Assembly: GCA_965226495.1 (NCBI GenBank)
Contig: OZ245365.1
Location: 4,544,001-4,608,000, forward strand
From: Candidatus Marinacidobacterales bacterium
GTDB lineage: Bacteria > Acidobacteriota > Vicinamibacteria > Marinacidobacterales > DATDRI01
Length of the DNA stretch: 64,000 nt
Reading direction: 5' to 3'
Of this stretch, positions 18,268 through 27,603 are shown in pieces (positions within the stretch are counted from its first letter, which is position 1; every line of letters starts with the position of its first letter). Below the pieces are notes generated by a model that made no database searches, was not told where the DNA came from, and saw only the letters and a program-made list of their open reading frames with translations. Position numbers and translations under genes: made by a program.

Positions 18268-19481
18268 GAACGGCGTCCCTCCCCGCGTTTCTCGAAGAAC
18301 CGATGCATACGCTGGAGACCTTCTTCGATCTGCTCCCGTGAAGTGGAAAACGAGACGCGAAAGTGCCCTTCGCAATCGAAGGCCAATCCCGGCACGACCG
18401 CGACGTGTTCCTCCTTCAGGAGAAGCGTTGCGAGGTCGGTGGCGCTCTTGACCTCTCCGGTCAAGTACGCCTTGAACGAAGGAAAGAGATAAAAGCTCCC
18501 TTTCGGCTCGACGCAGGTGACCCCGGGGATCTCGAGGAGCCCGGAGCGTAGGCGATCTCGCCGCCATCGGTACTCGTCCAACATCGCCTGTAGCGGGGAT
18601 TGATCCCCGAGGAGTGCTTCCAGTGCCGCTCGTTGCGAGATAGACGAAGCGTTCGAGGTCATATGGCTTTGGAGCTTGGCGCAACCGGAGATGACGTCTT
18701 TGGGACCGATCGCCCAGCCTAGGCGCCAGCCGGTCATAGCGTACGTTTTCGAAGCCGTGCCAGCGATGACGAAACGGTCCCCCACCTTCTCCCGCAACGT
18801 CCGGAGTGCCGCCGACGGCATGGGCTCGTAGCTGAGCTTTCCATAGGTGTCGTCCCAAAGAATGTAGAAGCCACGCTCGGCGGCGAGCTCGCCCAGTGCC
18901 AGGAAGTCTTCCGCTTCCACAACGGCGCCAGCCGGGTTCGAGGGGGAGTTCAAAAGAACAACCTTGGTCCGTGGAGTCACCGCCCCACCGACCAACTCCG
19001 CAGAGATCCGAAAGTCTTCCGACTCTTTCGTCTCTACGAATACCGGCTTGGCCTCGACCAGCCGAACCTGCTCGGAGAACGTCTTCCAATGAGGATTGGG
19101 GATAACGACTTCGTCTCCCGGATCGAGGAGCGTCATCATCAAACCGAAGAGCGCGTGTTTCCCACCGTGGGTGACGATGGCTTCCGACGGCTCGAACTCG
19201 AGCCCGTAGTCACTCCGGTAGCGTTCGCAGATGGCGTTCCGAAGCTCCGGGATGCCGGGGTTAACGGTGTAGCGGGTGAAATTCTCTCGAATAGCTTGAT
19301 GCGCGGCTTCTTTGATGGGCTCCGGGGTTGGGAAATCCGGCTCGCCGGCTCCGAAGTCGACGACCTCGGCGCCTTCGGCACGAAGCCGGGTGGCCTCCGC
19401 CATCACCGCCATCGTGGGCGAGGGCGAGAGTCGAGAGAGGCGACGAGCCAGGCTGGGCGCCCCCGGCTCCGTCTCTTTCAT
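18264..19481 (-). CDS. PLP-dependent class I/II (aspartate-type) aminotransferase
   Basis: GAGEPDFPTP, GGKHAL, NSPSNPAG, SKTYAMTGWRLG. Confidence 0.95.
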   Translation of the reverse strand: MKETEPGAPSLARRLSRLSPSPTMAVMAEATRLRAEGAEVVDFGAGEPDFPTPEPIKEAAHQAIRENFTRYTVNPGIPELRNAICERYRSDYGLEFEPSEAIVTHGGKHALFGLMMTLLDPGDEVVIPNPHWKTFSEQVRLVEAKPVFVETKESEDFRISAELVGGAVTPRTKVVLLNSPSNPAGAVVEAEDFLALGELAAERGFYILWDDTYGKLSYEPMPSAALRTLREKVGDRFVIAGTASKTYAMTGWRLGWAIGPKDVISGCAKLQSHMTSNASSISQRAALEALLGDQSPLQAMLDEYRWRRDRLRSGLLEIPGVTCVEPKGSFYLFPSFKAYLTGEVKSATDLATLLLKEEHVAVVPGLAFDCEGHFRVSFSTSREQIEEGLQRMHRFFEKRGEGRRS

Positions 19482-19485
19482 GGTC

Positions 19486-19974
19486 CTACCGCTTACCCAG
19501 CTCGTCGATGAGGCGGCGTTCGACACCGGGAGGGACCAAACCCGTGACGGTACCGCCCAGACTGACCACTTCTTTGATGAGACGCGAGCTCACGTAGGAG
19601 TACTCCTCGGCCGGCATCATGAACACCGTCTCGATCGTGGGTGCGAGTCGCCGATTCATGAGCGCCATCTGGAACTCGTACTCGAAATCCGAGATCGCCC
19701 GGATGCCTCGGACGATGGCGGTCGCACCTTTGTCTTTCGTGTAGTCGACCAGCAAACCGCTAAACGCATCGGCTTCGACATTGGGCCGGTCGGCAAAGGT
19801 TTCTTCGATCATCTCGATCCGCTCCGGGACCGAGAAAACCGGCTCCTTCTCTGCGTTCTCCAAGACCGCAACCACGATCTTGTCGAAGAGCGAGCTGCCT
19901 CGGGCGATGATGTCCACGTGCCCCATCGTAAGTGGATCGAAGGAGCCCGGGTATATCGCGGTTCGAATCGCCAT
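19486..19974 (-). CDS. coaD: Pantetheine-phosphate adenylyltransferase
   Basis: AIYPGSFDPLTMGH...RGIRAISDFEYEFQMALMNRRL...SSRLIKEV. Confidence 0.98.
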   Translation of the reverse strand: MAIRTAIYPGSFDPLTMGHVDIIARGSSLFDKIVVAVLENAEKEPVFSVPERIEMIEETFADRPNVEADAFSGLLVDYTKDKGATAIVRGIRAISDFEYEFQMALMNRRLAPTIETVFMMPAEEYSYVSSRLIKEVVSLGGTVTGLVPPGVERRLIDELGKR

Positions 19975-20023
19975 GTGTGGAAACTCGGCGCAGTCTAACA
20001 TAGGCCCCGCGGCCCGGACAAAT

Positions 20024-20186
20024 TAGTGTCCTGTATCAGTAGATCGTTGCCTAAAGCTCGTGGCCATTTTGTGTGCTGGCGAGGCGTGACGACGACGTCA
20101 TATCTGGATATTTCGAGGAGTCACAACAAAGCCAGCGCGCAAAAGGGGCCGAGACTTAGGTGACGAATTACTGATACAGGGCACTA
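20024..20186. mobile_element. MITE-like long-hairpin element (163 bp)
   Basis: TIRs tagtgtcctgtatcagta / tactgatacagggcacta (17/18 match); inner arms also pair (ttttgtgtgctggc / gccagcgcgcaaaa); TTAG/CTAG ends. Confidence 0.8.
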
Positions 20187-20188
20187 GT

Positions 20189-20743
20189 TCAAACCGCGGC
20201 TTCAAAAAACGTCAGGCAGCTTTCGCCGGCCCTCACTTCCCGGACCTTGGCAAGGCCTGCATAGGAATCGGCTAGCGGCGTCTTATGATGATGCTCCAGA
20301 ATGACGAGCCCTCCCGGTTTCGCAAGAGACGCGGCGCCGATCTTCTGTAAGAGCGTGTCGTGGATGTCGACCTGGTACGGAGGATCTAGGAGTACGAGCT
20401 CGAACGCCTCCTGACCGTCGGCGAGGAAGTTGATCGCCGACTCGGCGTCCCGCTGCAGGAGCTCCGTCTGCTCTGTGAGCTGGAGCCGTTCGAGATTTTT
20501 CCGGATAGCATTGGCGGCGGCTCGATTCCGCTCCACGAACGTGACGTGAGACGCTCCGCGAGAGAGCGCCTCCAGACCGAGCGCCCCCGCCCCCGCAAAG
20601 AGGTCCAAAACCCGCACCTCGGGAAGCCGTGGCGCCAAGATATCGAACAGTGACTTCTTGAGTCGCCCGCCGGTGGGTCTCGTCTTCCTGCCGGAGGGAG
20701 CCTCGATGTGCATCCCCCGAAATTTCCCGCCCCCGATCTTCAT
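20189..20743 (-). CDS. rsmD: 16S rRNA (guanine966-N2)-methyltransferase
   Basis: GGKFRG...TRPT...VLDLFAGAGALGLEALSRGA...DPPY; usual recG-rsmD-coaD order. Confidence 0.95.
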   Translation of the reverse strand: MKIGGGKFRGMHIEAPSGRKTRPTGGRLKKSLFDILAPRLPEVRVLDLFAGAGALGLEALSRGASHVTFVERNRAAANAIRKNLERLQLTEQTELLQRDAESAINFLADGQEAFELVLLDPPYQVDIHDTLLQKIGAASLAKPGGLVILEHHHKTPLADSYAGLAKVREVRAGESCLTFFEAAV

Positions 20744-20753
20744 GACCTTTATG

Positions 20754-22850
20754 TCAGCCGGCGGTAGCGAGCCCGAATTTTTCGCCCCAGGCCGCGATCA
20801 CATGATTCACGATCCGATCGGTTTCCTCGGTGCGTGGGGAAGATAGCAACGCTTCCGCTTCCTCCCGCGCCACCTCGAGAAACTCTCGATCGCGAACCAC
20901 GTCCGCGACTCGAAACAAGGGAGCACCCCACTGGCGGGTGCCGAAGTAGTCCCCCGGCCCTCGAATATCCAGGTCGCGCTCGGCGATCACAAAACCGTCG
21001 TTCGTCTCAGCCATCGCCTCGAGACGGCGCTCGCCTTCTGGAGTCAGCGGCGGGTGGTAGACGAGGACGGCGGCCGATGGAGCCGTCCCCCGGCCAACGC
21101 GACCCCTGAGTTGATGCAATTGAGACAGGCCGAAGCGTTCCGCTTGTTCCACGACAACGAGCGTCGCATTGGGAACGTCGACACCGACCTCGACGACGGT
21201 GGTCGCCACAAGGATGTCGACTTCGCCCGCAGTAAAAGCCGACATGGCTTGCGCCCGCTCGGCGGAGCTCAGTTTTCCATGGGCCAGAGCCACCCGGCGA
21301 TGGGAGAAAGGGCCTTTCTGGAGGAGGCGCTGGGTCTCGACGGCAGCCTTGAGATCCATCTTCTCGGACTCTTCCACCATCGGACAGACGAAGTAGACCT
21401 GATGACCGGCGGCGACCTGCTCCTCCATGAGGCGGTGGACCTCCGACAGCTGCCCCTTCTTCATTAATAATGTACGCACTGGAGGCCGACCCGGGGGGAG
21501 CTCGTTCAAAACCGAGTGGTCGAGATCCCCGTAGAGCGCCATGGCCAAAGAGCGAGGAATGGGAGTCGCCGTCATAACCAACAGGTCAGGCGCGTAGCCT
21601 TTGGCACGTAGCTCCGCCCGTTGCAGCACCCCGAACCGATGCTGCTCGTCGACAATGGCCAGACCCAGCTCCTTGAACCGGACACTTTGCTGAATCAAGG
21701 CGTGCGTCCCCACGACCAGGTTCACCTCGCCGCTCGCGATTTCGGCCAGGAGCCCGTCGCGCTCCGCCCGATTGAGAGCCGACGTCAAGAGCGCAACGCG
21801 GTATCCACTTTGGGCCAGGATGCGCTGGATATTAGAGAAGTGTTGCTCCGCCAAGACTTCGGTGGGAACCATCAGAGCGACCTGCGCGCCGTTCTCGATC
21901 ACGATGACCGAGGCGATGACGGCTACTATCGTCTTCCCCGAGCCCACGTCGCCCTGAAGCAAACGCTGCATGGATCGTTCCGACGAAAGCTCGTCGGCGA
22001 GCGTCTTCGACACTTTCTTTTGCGCTTCGGTCAGGCGAAACGGCAAGATCTGCCGAACCCTCTCCCGAATGCGGTCGTCTACTGGAAAGGGGCGCGGTTT
22101 GGTGAGACCGGATGCGGCTCGCCGACGGAGTCCCAAGCCCAAGGAAAACAGGAAGAGCTCTTCGAAGATGAGCCGCCGCTGCGCGGGCGCGCGGAACTCG
22201 TTGTAGAGCTCGAGCGAGGCGCCTTCTTCGGGAAAGTGCGCCCGTGCCAATGCCTCCCGCCGCGGCGGAAGTTTGTGACGCTCACGCGACGAGTCGGGCA
22301 AGAGCCCGGCTACTTCGGAAGGCAGGCTTTCGACGAGTGAATGGCAGATCCGACGAAGCATCCGCGGGCTGAGCGGCCCGATGCGCTCGTAGACCGGCAC
22401 GATGCGACCGGTGTGGGTCGGTTCGAAATCACCTTCCTCGACGAGCTCGTATTGAGGACCCTTGAGCTCGAGTCCGCCGCCCCGGCGAGAGAGCTCCACC
22501 TTGCCGTAAAGGAGAACCTGCCGGCCCGCCTGAAGAATGTCCTTGAGGTATTCCTGATTGAACCAAATCGCTCGTATCGGACCGGTCTCGTCTTCGACCA
22601 TGACCTCCAACACCTTGAAGCGAGGACGGCGGGTCCGCTTCACGTGCGCGCCGACCACCGTCGCCAACACGGTGGCGTCTTCGCCGGGCCGCAAGTCGCC
22701 GATCGATCGGACACGGCTGCGGTCCTCGTAACGGAAGGGCAAATACAGCAGGAGATCGGAAACCGTCGTGATCCCGACCTCGGCCAGCGCCTCTGCCTTG
22801 CGAGGGCCGACGCCTTTTACGAACTGAACTTTGGAGGAAAGCTCAAGCAT
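20754..22850 (-). CDS. recG: ATP-dependent DNA helicase RecG
   Basis: LLQGDVGSGKT, DEQHRFGV, MTATPIPRS, AERFGLSQLHQLRGRVGRG. Confidence 0.98.
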   Translation of the reverse strand: MLELSSKVQFVKGVGPRKAEALAEVGITTVSDLLLYLPFRYEDRSRVRSIGDLRPGEDATVLATVVGAHVKRTRRPRFKVLEVMVEDETGPIRAIWFNQEYLKDILQAGRQVLLYGKVELSRRGGGLELKGPQYELVEEGDFEPTHTGRIVPVYERIGPLSPRMLRRICHSLVESLPSEVAGLLPDSSRERHKLPPRREALARAHFPEEGASLELYNEFRAPAQRRLIFEELFLFSLGLGLRRRAASGLTKPRPFPVDDRIRERVRQILPFRLTEAQKKVSKTLADELSSERSMQRLLQGDVGSGKTIVAVIASVIVIENGAQVALMVPTEVLAEQHFSNIQRILAQSGYRVALLTSALNRAERDGLLAEIASGEVNLVVGTHALIQQSVRFKELGLAIVDEQHRFGVLQRAELRAKGYAPDLLVMTATPIPRSLAMALYGDLDHSVLNELPPGRPPVRTLLMKKGQLSEVHRLMEEQVAAGHQVYFVCPMVEESEKMDLKAAVETQRLLQKGPFSHRRVALAHGKLSSAERAQAMSAFTAGEVDILVATTVVEVGVDVPNATLVVVEQAERFGLSQLHQLRGRVGRGTAPSAAVLVYHPPLTPEGERRLEAMAETNDGFVIAERDLDIRGPGDYFGTRQWGAPLFRVADVVRDREFLEVAREEAEALLSSPRTEETDRIVNHVIAAWGEKFGLATAG

Positions 22851-22920
22851 TCTTTCGAGCTCCCAATTCTGGGAGCGATGATTCTCGTGGCAACGTCTTG
22901 GTGGGCGAGTCCGTTCGACT

Positions 22921-23628
22921 TCAATGAGCGGACGAACCAGATTGTGTCCCCTCGTCTCCCCGTACCGGCCCCTGTCTCAGGATAAGCTTACCCGTTCGAA
23001 CCCTGGCACTGACGATTCCGTACGGCAAGGGGAAGGGTTCGTCGAGACGAACACCCTCGGGCAGCGCTGGATTCTTGGAGTTGGCGGCAACGAGACTCTT
23101 CACCAACTCCCTGGGGACGGGAAACCCGGCTAGCGTCACGCTCTCCAACTCCACTTGCCCAACGCCATCCTGGGCGAGGACTTGCGCCAGCACCTCGACC
23201 TGGACCGGCCCCTCGAGAAAACTCGCGAAGTACCAATCTTTCAGGTACGCACCCAAGAGGCTTGCGTCGAGCAGGGCTCCCGCCTGGATCTGATCGACAC
23301 CGAACCGGACCCAGGGCTTGGTCACCTCCGGGGGTAGTTGCTCGACTACCCGATAGACCAGGTAGGCGTTCGCTTCTTCGTCGCTGACGTGGAAGCGCTT
23401 CGAGGTCTCCGCGCCATTGGCATGCCGGTCACGAATCTGCTGGAGCTTTCGGTTGAGGGACTCGGTCGGAGAGGGATCCGGTTTTTTGGCCTCTTCCGTC
23501 GCCGTCTGGTTGGTTGCCGCCTGTTCCATCGATGGCCGAGACAGGCTCGAGGCCCCCGTCAGGCTGATAGCCGCGACGATAGCGAGTGGCGCGAGCGGCA
23601 TCCCCCAAGTCCTCCCGCAAGTCCTCAT
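22921..23628 (-). CDS. Exported hypothetical protein
   Basis: 235-aa ORF co-oriented with recG; signal-like N-terminus. Confidence 0.7.
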   Translation of the reverse strand: MRTCGRTWGMPLAPLAIVAAISLTGASSLSRPSMEQAATNQTATEEAKKPDPSPTESLNRKLQQIRDRHANGAETSKRFHVSDEEANAYLVYRVVEQLPPEVTKPWVRFGVDQIQAGALLDASLLGAYLKDWYFASFLEGPVQVEVLAQVLAQDGVGQVELESVTLAGFPVPRELVKSLVAANSKNPALPEGVRLDEPFPLPYGIVSARVRTGKLILRQGPVRGDEGTQSGSSAH

Positions 23629-23685
23629 GCCGCCATACTACTCAAGGCTTTCCAAGATGAGCAAATCGCTGGGGGAGGGGGCGCC

Positions 23686-23773
23686 CCCTCACCCGCCCGC
23701 CTTCAGCGGGCGACCTCTCCCCCGCGGTCGGGGGAGAGGTACCAGAGGTGGTACCAACTTCGTTGGTACAGCC
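23686..23773. repeat. REP-like hairpins
   Basis: ccccctcacccgcccgc...gcgggcg acctctccccc...gggggagaggt, then gtaccaac-ttc-gttggtac. Confidence 0.55.
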
Positions 23774-23775
23774 TA

Positions 23776-25404
23776 TTAGGGCTGCGTCGCCTTCAGCCTT
23801 TCGAGAAACTCCTGAGTATTCTGGTCCTCTTGGTCCAGCGAGGCCGCTTTTTCCGCGTGGATGAGAGCCATATCGTACTGGCCCTTGGCTTCGTAGACTT
23901 CGGCGAGCCGCAGATGGGTCGGTGCATCCTCGCGGTTCCACAACACGACATGGAGCTCGGAAGCGGCCTTATCGAGCTCACCGACCTCTTGGTACACCTC
24001 GGCGAGCTCCAACCGGACACCTACCGAGTGGGGGGCGACGTAGACGGCCCGCTCGAGCTCACGGGCGGCCGCAGGGAGATCGCCCGACTCTCGAAGCGAC
24101 CTCGCTTTCTCCAGCATCTTTTCCGGATTGGCATCCTCCAGATCCAGGGGCTCTTTTGGCTCGGGGGCTTTCGCGTCGGCGGCCGCCACCGGCGCCGCGG
24201 CGACCTCCGGGGCATTTTCAGCAGGCTCCATAGGCGCGACCGGCAGAGACGCCGGGAAACGGTAGTTTGCCCGTGCGTGCGGCAGCCGCTCGACGACGCG
24301 CTCCACGCTTCCAACCGAATCCTCGGCGATTTCGGCAAGCTCGGGAGACAGAGAAAGCGCCATACCGCGTTGTCTCGCGGCCTCCTCCGGGTCGTCAGCG
24401 TCAGCGGCTATGAGTGAGAGAAGGAAAAAAGCCTCTGCGTCCTTGGGCTCGATCTGCGTCGCCGTCGTCAACCAATGACGCGCCTCGTGCTTGCGCTCGG
24501 ACCGCCAGGCGCTCCACCCCATATTAAAAGGATAGGGTTCCGTGTCTGGCTCGAGCTCCGCCGCTTCACGAAAGGTGTCCACGGCCTCTTCAAGCTCCCC
24601 CCTTCGGAAATAGGCGACCGCGAGGTTGTTCAGAAAACAAGCCACTTTTTCTTGCTCGGACAAGCGGCTAAAGATCTCGACCGCCAGCCGCGTTTGATCC
24701 GCTTCCAAATAGGCAACCCCCATTGTGAAATAGGCCTCTCGATAGACAGGATCTTCAGGAGATATCGTCGAGAGTACCTCGAGGGCTCGTTCGAGGTCAT
24801 TTTGTTCGACAAGCGTCTGGCCCAAGAGAAGCGCCGCGTCGGCGAAGTCTGGAGAGGTTGCGAGTGCTCTCTCCAGGAGCTCCCGGCGCTTCGTCGGGGA
24901 GTTGACTATTTTCGCGCGGGCATAATCCTCGTACGCCTTGACGGAAAGCGTTTCCCTCCGTTCGACCGCTAAACCGTGAGCCTCGGGAATCCGCCCTTCT
25001 TCCAAACGCAGGAGATTCTTCGCGAGCTGGTTCTCGATCCCGATTAAGTTCTCGAGCTTCCCGTAGTCTTCGAGGACGCCGAGCTTGTCGCCCGTCGCGA
25101 CATCGATGACCTGCGCGGTGACCTCGAGCCGTCCGTCCTTGCCCCGGAAACTTCCCATGACCACGCGGTCGGCGCCTAACTCTCCCCCGTTCTCCATCAG
25201 TTCCACCAAAGTCAGCGGCGCACCGTTTTTAATTCCCTTTTGGCGCAGGAGTTCCCGCCGGTCTTCGGAGCTGACAACGTCGTGCCCTACCAAACGCAGA
25301 TGAGACGACAAGGATTCGGCGATCGCGTCTCCGACCCAGCCATGGGTTCCTTCGGGAGAAAGGTTGTCGAAAGGCACCACCATCGTACGGATGGGTGCGG
25401 CCAA
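23776..25404 (-). CDS. TPR-repeat protein with TolB-N/CsgG-like N-terminal domain
   Basis: VVPFDNLS...WVGDAIAESL; multiple TPRs. The start may lie slightly upstream. Confidence 0.85.
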   Translation of the reverse strand: MAAPIRTMVVPFDNLSPEGTHGWVGDAIAESLSSHLRLVGHDVVSSEDRRELLRQKGIKNGAPLTLVELMENGGELGADRVVMGSFRGKDGRLEVTAQVIDVATGDKLGVLEDYGKLENLIGIENQLAKNLLRLEEGRIPEAHGLAVERRETLSVKAYEDYARAKIVNSPTKRRELLERALATSPDFADAALLLGQTLVEQNDLERALEVLSTISPEDPVYREAYFTMGVAYLEADQTRLAVEIFSRLSEQEKVACFLNNLAVAYFRRGELEEAVDTFREAAELEPDTEPYPFNMGWSAWRSERKHEARHWLTTATQIEPKDAEAFFLLSLIAADADDPEEAARQRGMALSLSPELAEIAEDSVGSVERVVERLPHARANYRFPASLPVAPMEPAENAPEVAAAPVAAADAKAPEPKEPLDLEDANPEKMLEKARSLRESGDLPAAARELERAVYVAPHSVGVRLELAEVYQEVGELDKAASELHVVLWNREDAPTHLRLAEVYEAKGQYDMALIHAEKAASLDQEDQNTQEFLERLKATQP

Positions 25405-25558
25405 GATAAGAGCAAGGGTTAGCGGAAGAGCGAGCGAGATGGACCTCCTCGTATCTTCAATTCAGCCTCTGTCTTCGGGTCCCTTCATTATACATGTTGG
25501 TCCCTGCGGGGCGAGGCGCGTGCCTGCTAGCCAGATCCCGAACGGGGTCCTATAATAA

Positions 25559-26011
25559 ATGAACGCACTCATGTCCGAAGAGCATTCCGCTGAGCAACCG
25601 GTTGGTGTCTACTTTGTCTCTCTTTATTTCGTGGTCTCGGGTTTCCTCGAGTCCATCCAGAAATTCAGGGAATGGGAGACGCCGATCGTTTTCAATCCCC
25701 TCTCCGAGCACTCCGTCTGGCATCTCGCGACTCACATCGCAATCTACCTAGTGGTTGCGTACCTGCTCTGGGAGCTGACCTGGCTGGGGAGACTAGCGGG
25801 GCTGGTCTACGGGTATCTGACCCTGGCCACCTATGCCAGCGCGACGATTCTGTTCCTCAAGGGAACCGAGTTATCCTCGACTCCACTCTTCTTGATCCTG
25901 GGCATCTACCACGTGGTGGCCCTTGTTCCCCTGGTCGTTTACCTGCAGCCCAAACGCCAGAAAAAGCTTTTCCGAGTAGAACTTCTGGAGATTCTCCTCC
26001 CCCCGAAGTGA
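25559..26011 (+). CDS. Small membrane protein
   Basis: 150-aa ORF with about four hydrophobic helices. Confidence 0.7.
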   Translation: MNALMSEEHSAEQPVGVYFVSLYFVVSGFLESIQKFREWETPIVFNPLSEHSVWHLATHIAIYLVVAYLLWELTWLGRLAGLVYGYLTLATYASATILFLKGTELSSTPLFLILGIYHVVALVPLVVYLQPKRQKKLFRVELLEILLPPK

Positions 26012-26174
26012 GCGGCTCGGGTCCCCGAAGGGGCCCGAAAATACCCGGTTGATGCCCGGGGCCGATCTCTGCTACCATCGGCCTTTCTACGCCGGCTCGC
26101 CATTATTGGCGTTGCTTCGTCGGGTCCCCAACCCCCCAAGAAACTTGCCGGCCTCTTGCACTCTGGAGGGGCGC

Positions 26175-27351
26175 ATGGAGAAGTTACAGGATCGCGGGGA
26201 TTTTTGGCAGAACCTCATCAGGCTCATCGAGCAAAGTAATTCACCGGATACCTGGAATTCTTGCTTTCAACGACTACTAGAGCAGGACAACGAGCCTTAC
26301 TCTTCTATCCTCCGACTCCTCACTCACCTCGAGTTTGAGGAGGAAGAGGCCCGTGGCCACTGGCAGGGCATCGAGGCTCATCAGAAAGAGCTCGCGCGAC
26401 AGCTAGCCCGGGACGTGGGCCTCCAGGTCACCGCCCTCGATTACTTCCACAATCTTCACGACGAGCTCCATAACCCGAAGCTCATCGAGATCGGTTCGTT
26501 CCTCGCTACCGAAAAGAACGCGGTCACCGACGGGCTCACGGGCCTCTACAACCGCCAGTTCTTCGACGCCAGCATGAGACGCGAGATCAAGCGCGCCGAC
26601 CGATACGGACTGACCTTTTCGCTGGTCTTGCTGGACCTTGATAACTTCAAGCAAGTTAACGACCGTCACGGACACCAAGTCGGTGACGAGGGCACTTTCC
26701 GCCTGCTCCGAGATCATCCGCGAAAGCGTCCGTGAGATCGATGTCCCCTGCCGCTATGGAGGCGAAGAGTTCGCGCTCATCCTCCCCGAAACAGATCGGA
26801 CCGGGGCCTTCATCGTGTCTGAACGGATCCGGAGTGACGTCGAGGAACGCTTTCGCACACGTGCCGTCCGAAACCACCGGTTCGACTTGAGCGTAAGCGG
26901 CGGCCTCTCTATCTACCCCATCGACTCTTCGACCGAAGAGGAGCTCGTCAATATGGCCGACAAGGCCCTCTATCGATCCAAACGGGAGGGAAAGAATCGC
27001 ATCACCCTCCATCCGGATGAGAAGAGGAACTTCCCCCGCTTCGAAGCCAAGAAGACCCTCGTCTTCCGGATCGCTGAAGCAGGAGAGCTGGAAAGCCACA
27101 CCAAGAACTTGTCTCAAAGCGGAGCCTTGGTCGAAAGCCAGATACCGATGAGCGTCGGCATGGAGCTCGAGGTCGTCATACGTCGATCCGACAAAACCTC
27201 CACCTTCAAGGGCAGGGTGGTCCGTATCGAGGAGGTCGAACAGGAAAAGGACAAACGCTACGAGGTGGGAATCGCCTTCCTTGCGGAAGGCGAAGAGCAA
27301 GCACGCCAGCTCGAGAGCCTCACCCAGGAGCTCTACCCCGCGCTAAATTAG
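26175..27351 (+). CDS. Diguanylate cyclase (GGEEF) with C-terminal PilZ domain; +1 frameshift near 26690 (possible sequencing error)
   Basis: TDGLTGLYNR...DLDNFKQVNDRHGHQVGDE | ALSACS...REID..RYGGEEF...EKRNFPR...NLSQSG; extra G in gacgagggca. Confidence 0.88.
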
Positions 27352-27367
27352 CAGGAGCCTCGTCCGC

Positions 27368-27396
27368 TTGACACAGCCCAGGGAGATGGCTACACT
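27368..27396 (+). promoter_or_regulatory. Sigma70 promoter of the tRNA
   Basis: TTGACA-N17-TACACT, 17 bp before the tRNA. Confidence 0.85.
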
Positions 27397-27413
27397 ACGT
27401 TTCTTCGATTTGA

Positions 27414-27490
<77 letters not shown>

Positions 27491-27560
27491 ACTTTTTCCG
27501 CACTCCCGAAAAAAATCTTATCCGGGCGAGTTTTCGCGACATCTCGCGACATTCCGGCTC
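27491..27560 (+). repeat. Island left-end module type A, copy 1
   Basis: actcccg.aaaaa...ccgggc.agttttcgcga.atctcgcgacattccggctc, repeated at 49002-49070. Confidence 0.8.
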
Positions 27561-27603
27561 CTACGAGGAAACTCGTTACCTTTGGTTACTTGGTCCGGAC
27601 CAA

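Noticed and set aside
18268-19089. N-terminal 274 codons of track ORF 17947-19089
   Set aside because: Alternative frame inside the aminotransferase; the real gene starts at GTG 18267.
25405-25460. Possible ATC start of the TPR gene after GAGGAGG
   Set aside because: The SD-to-codon spacing is only 3 nt and a read error is equally plausible; it cannot be supported.
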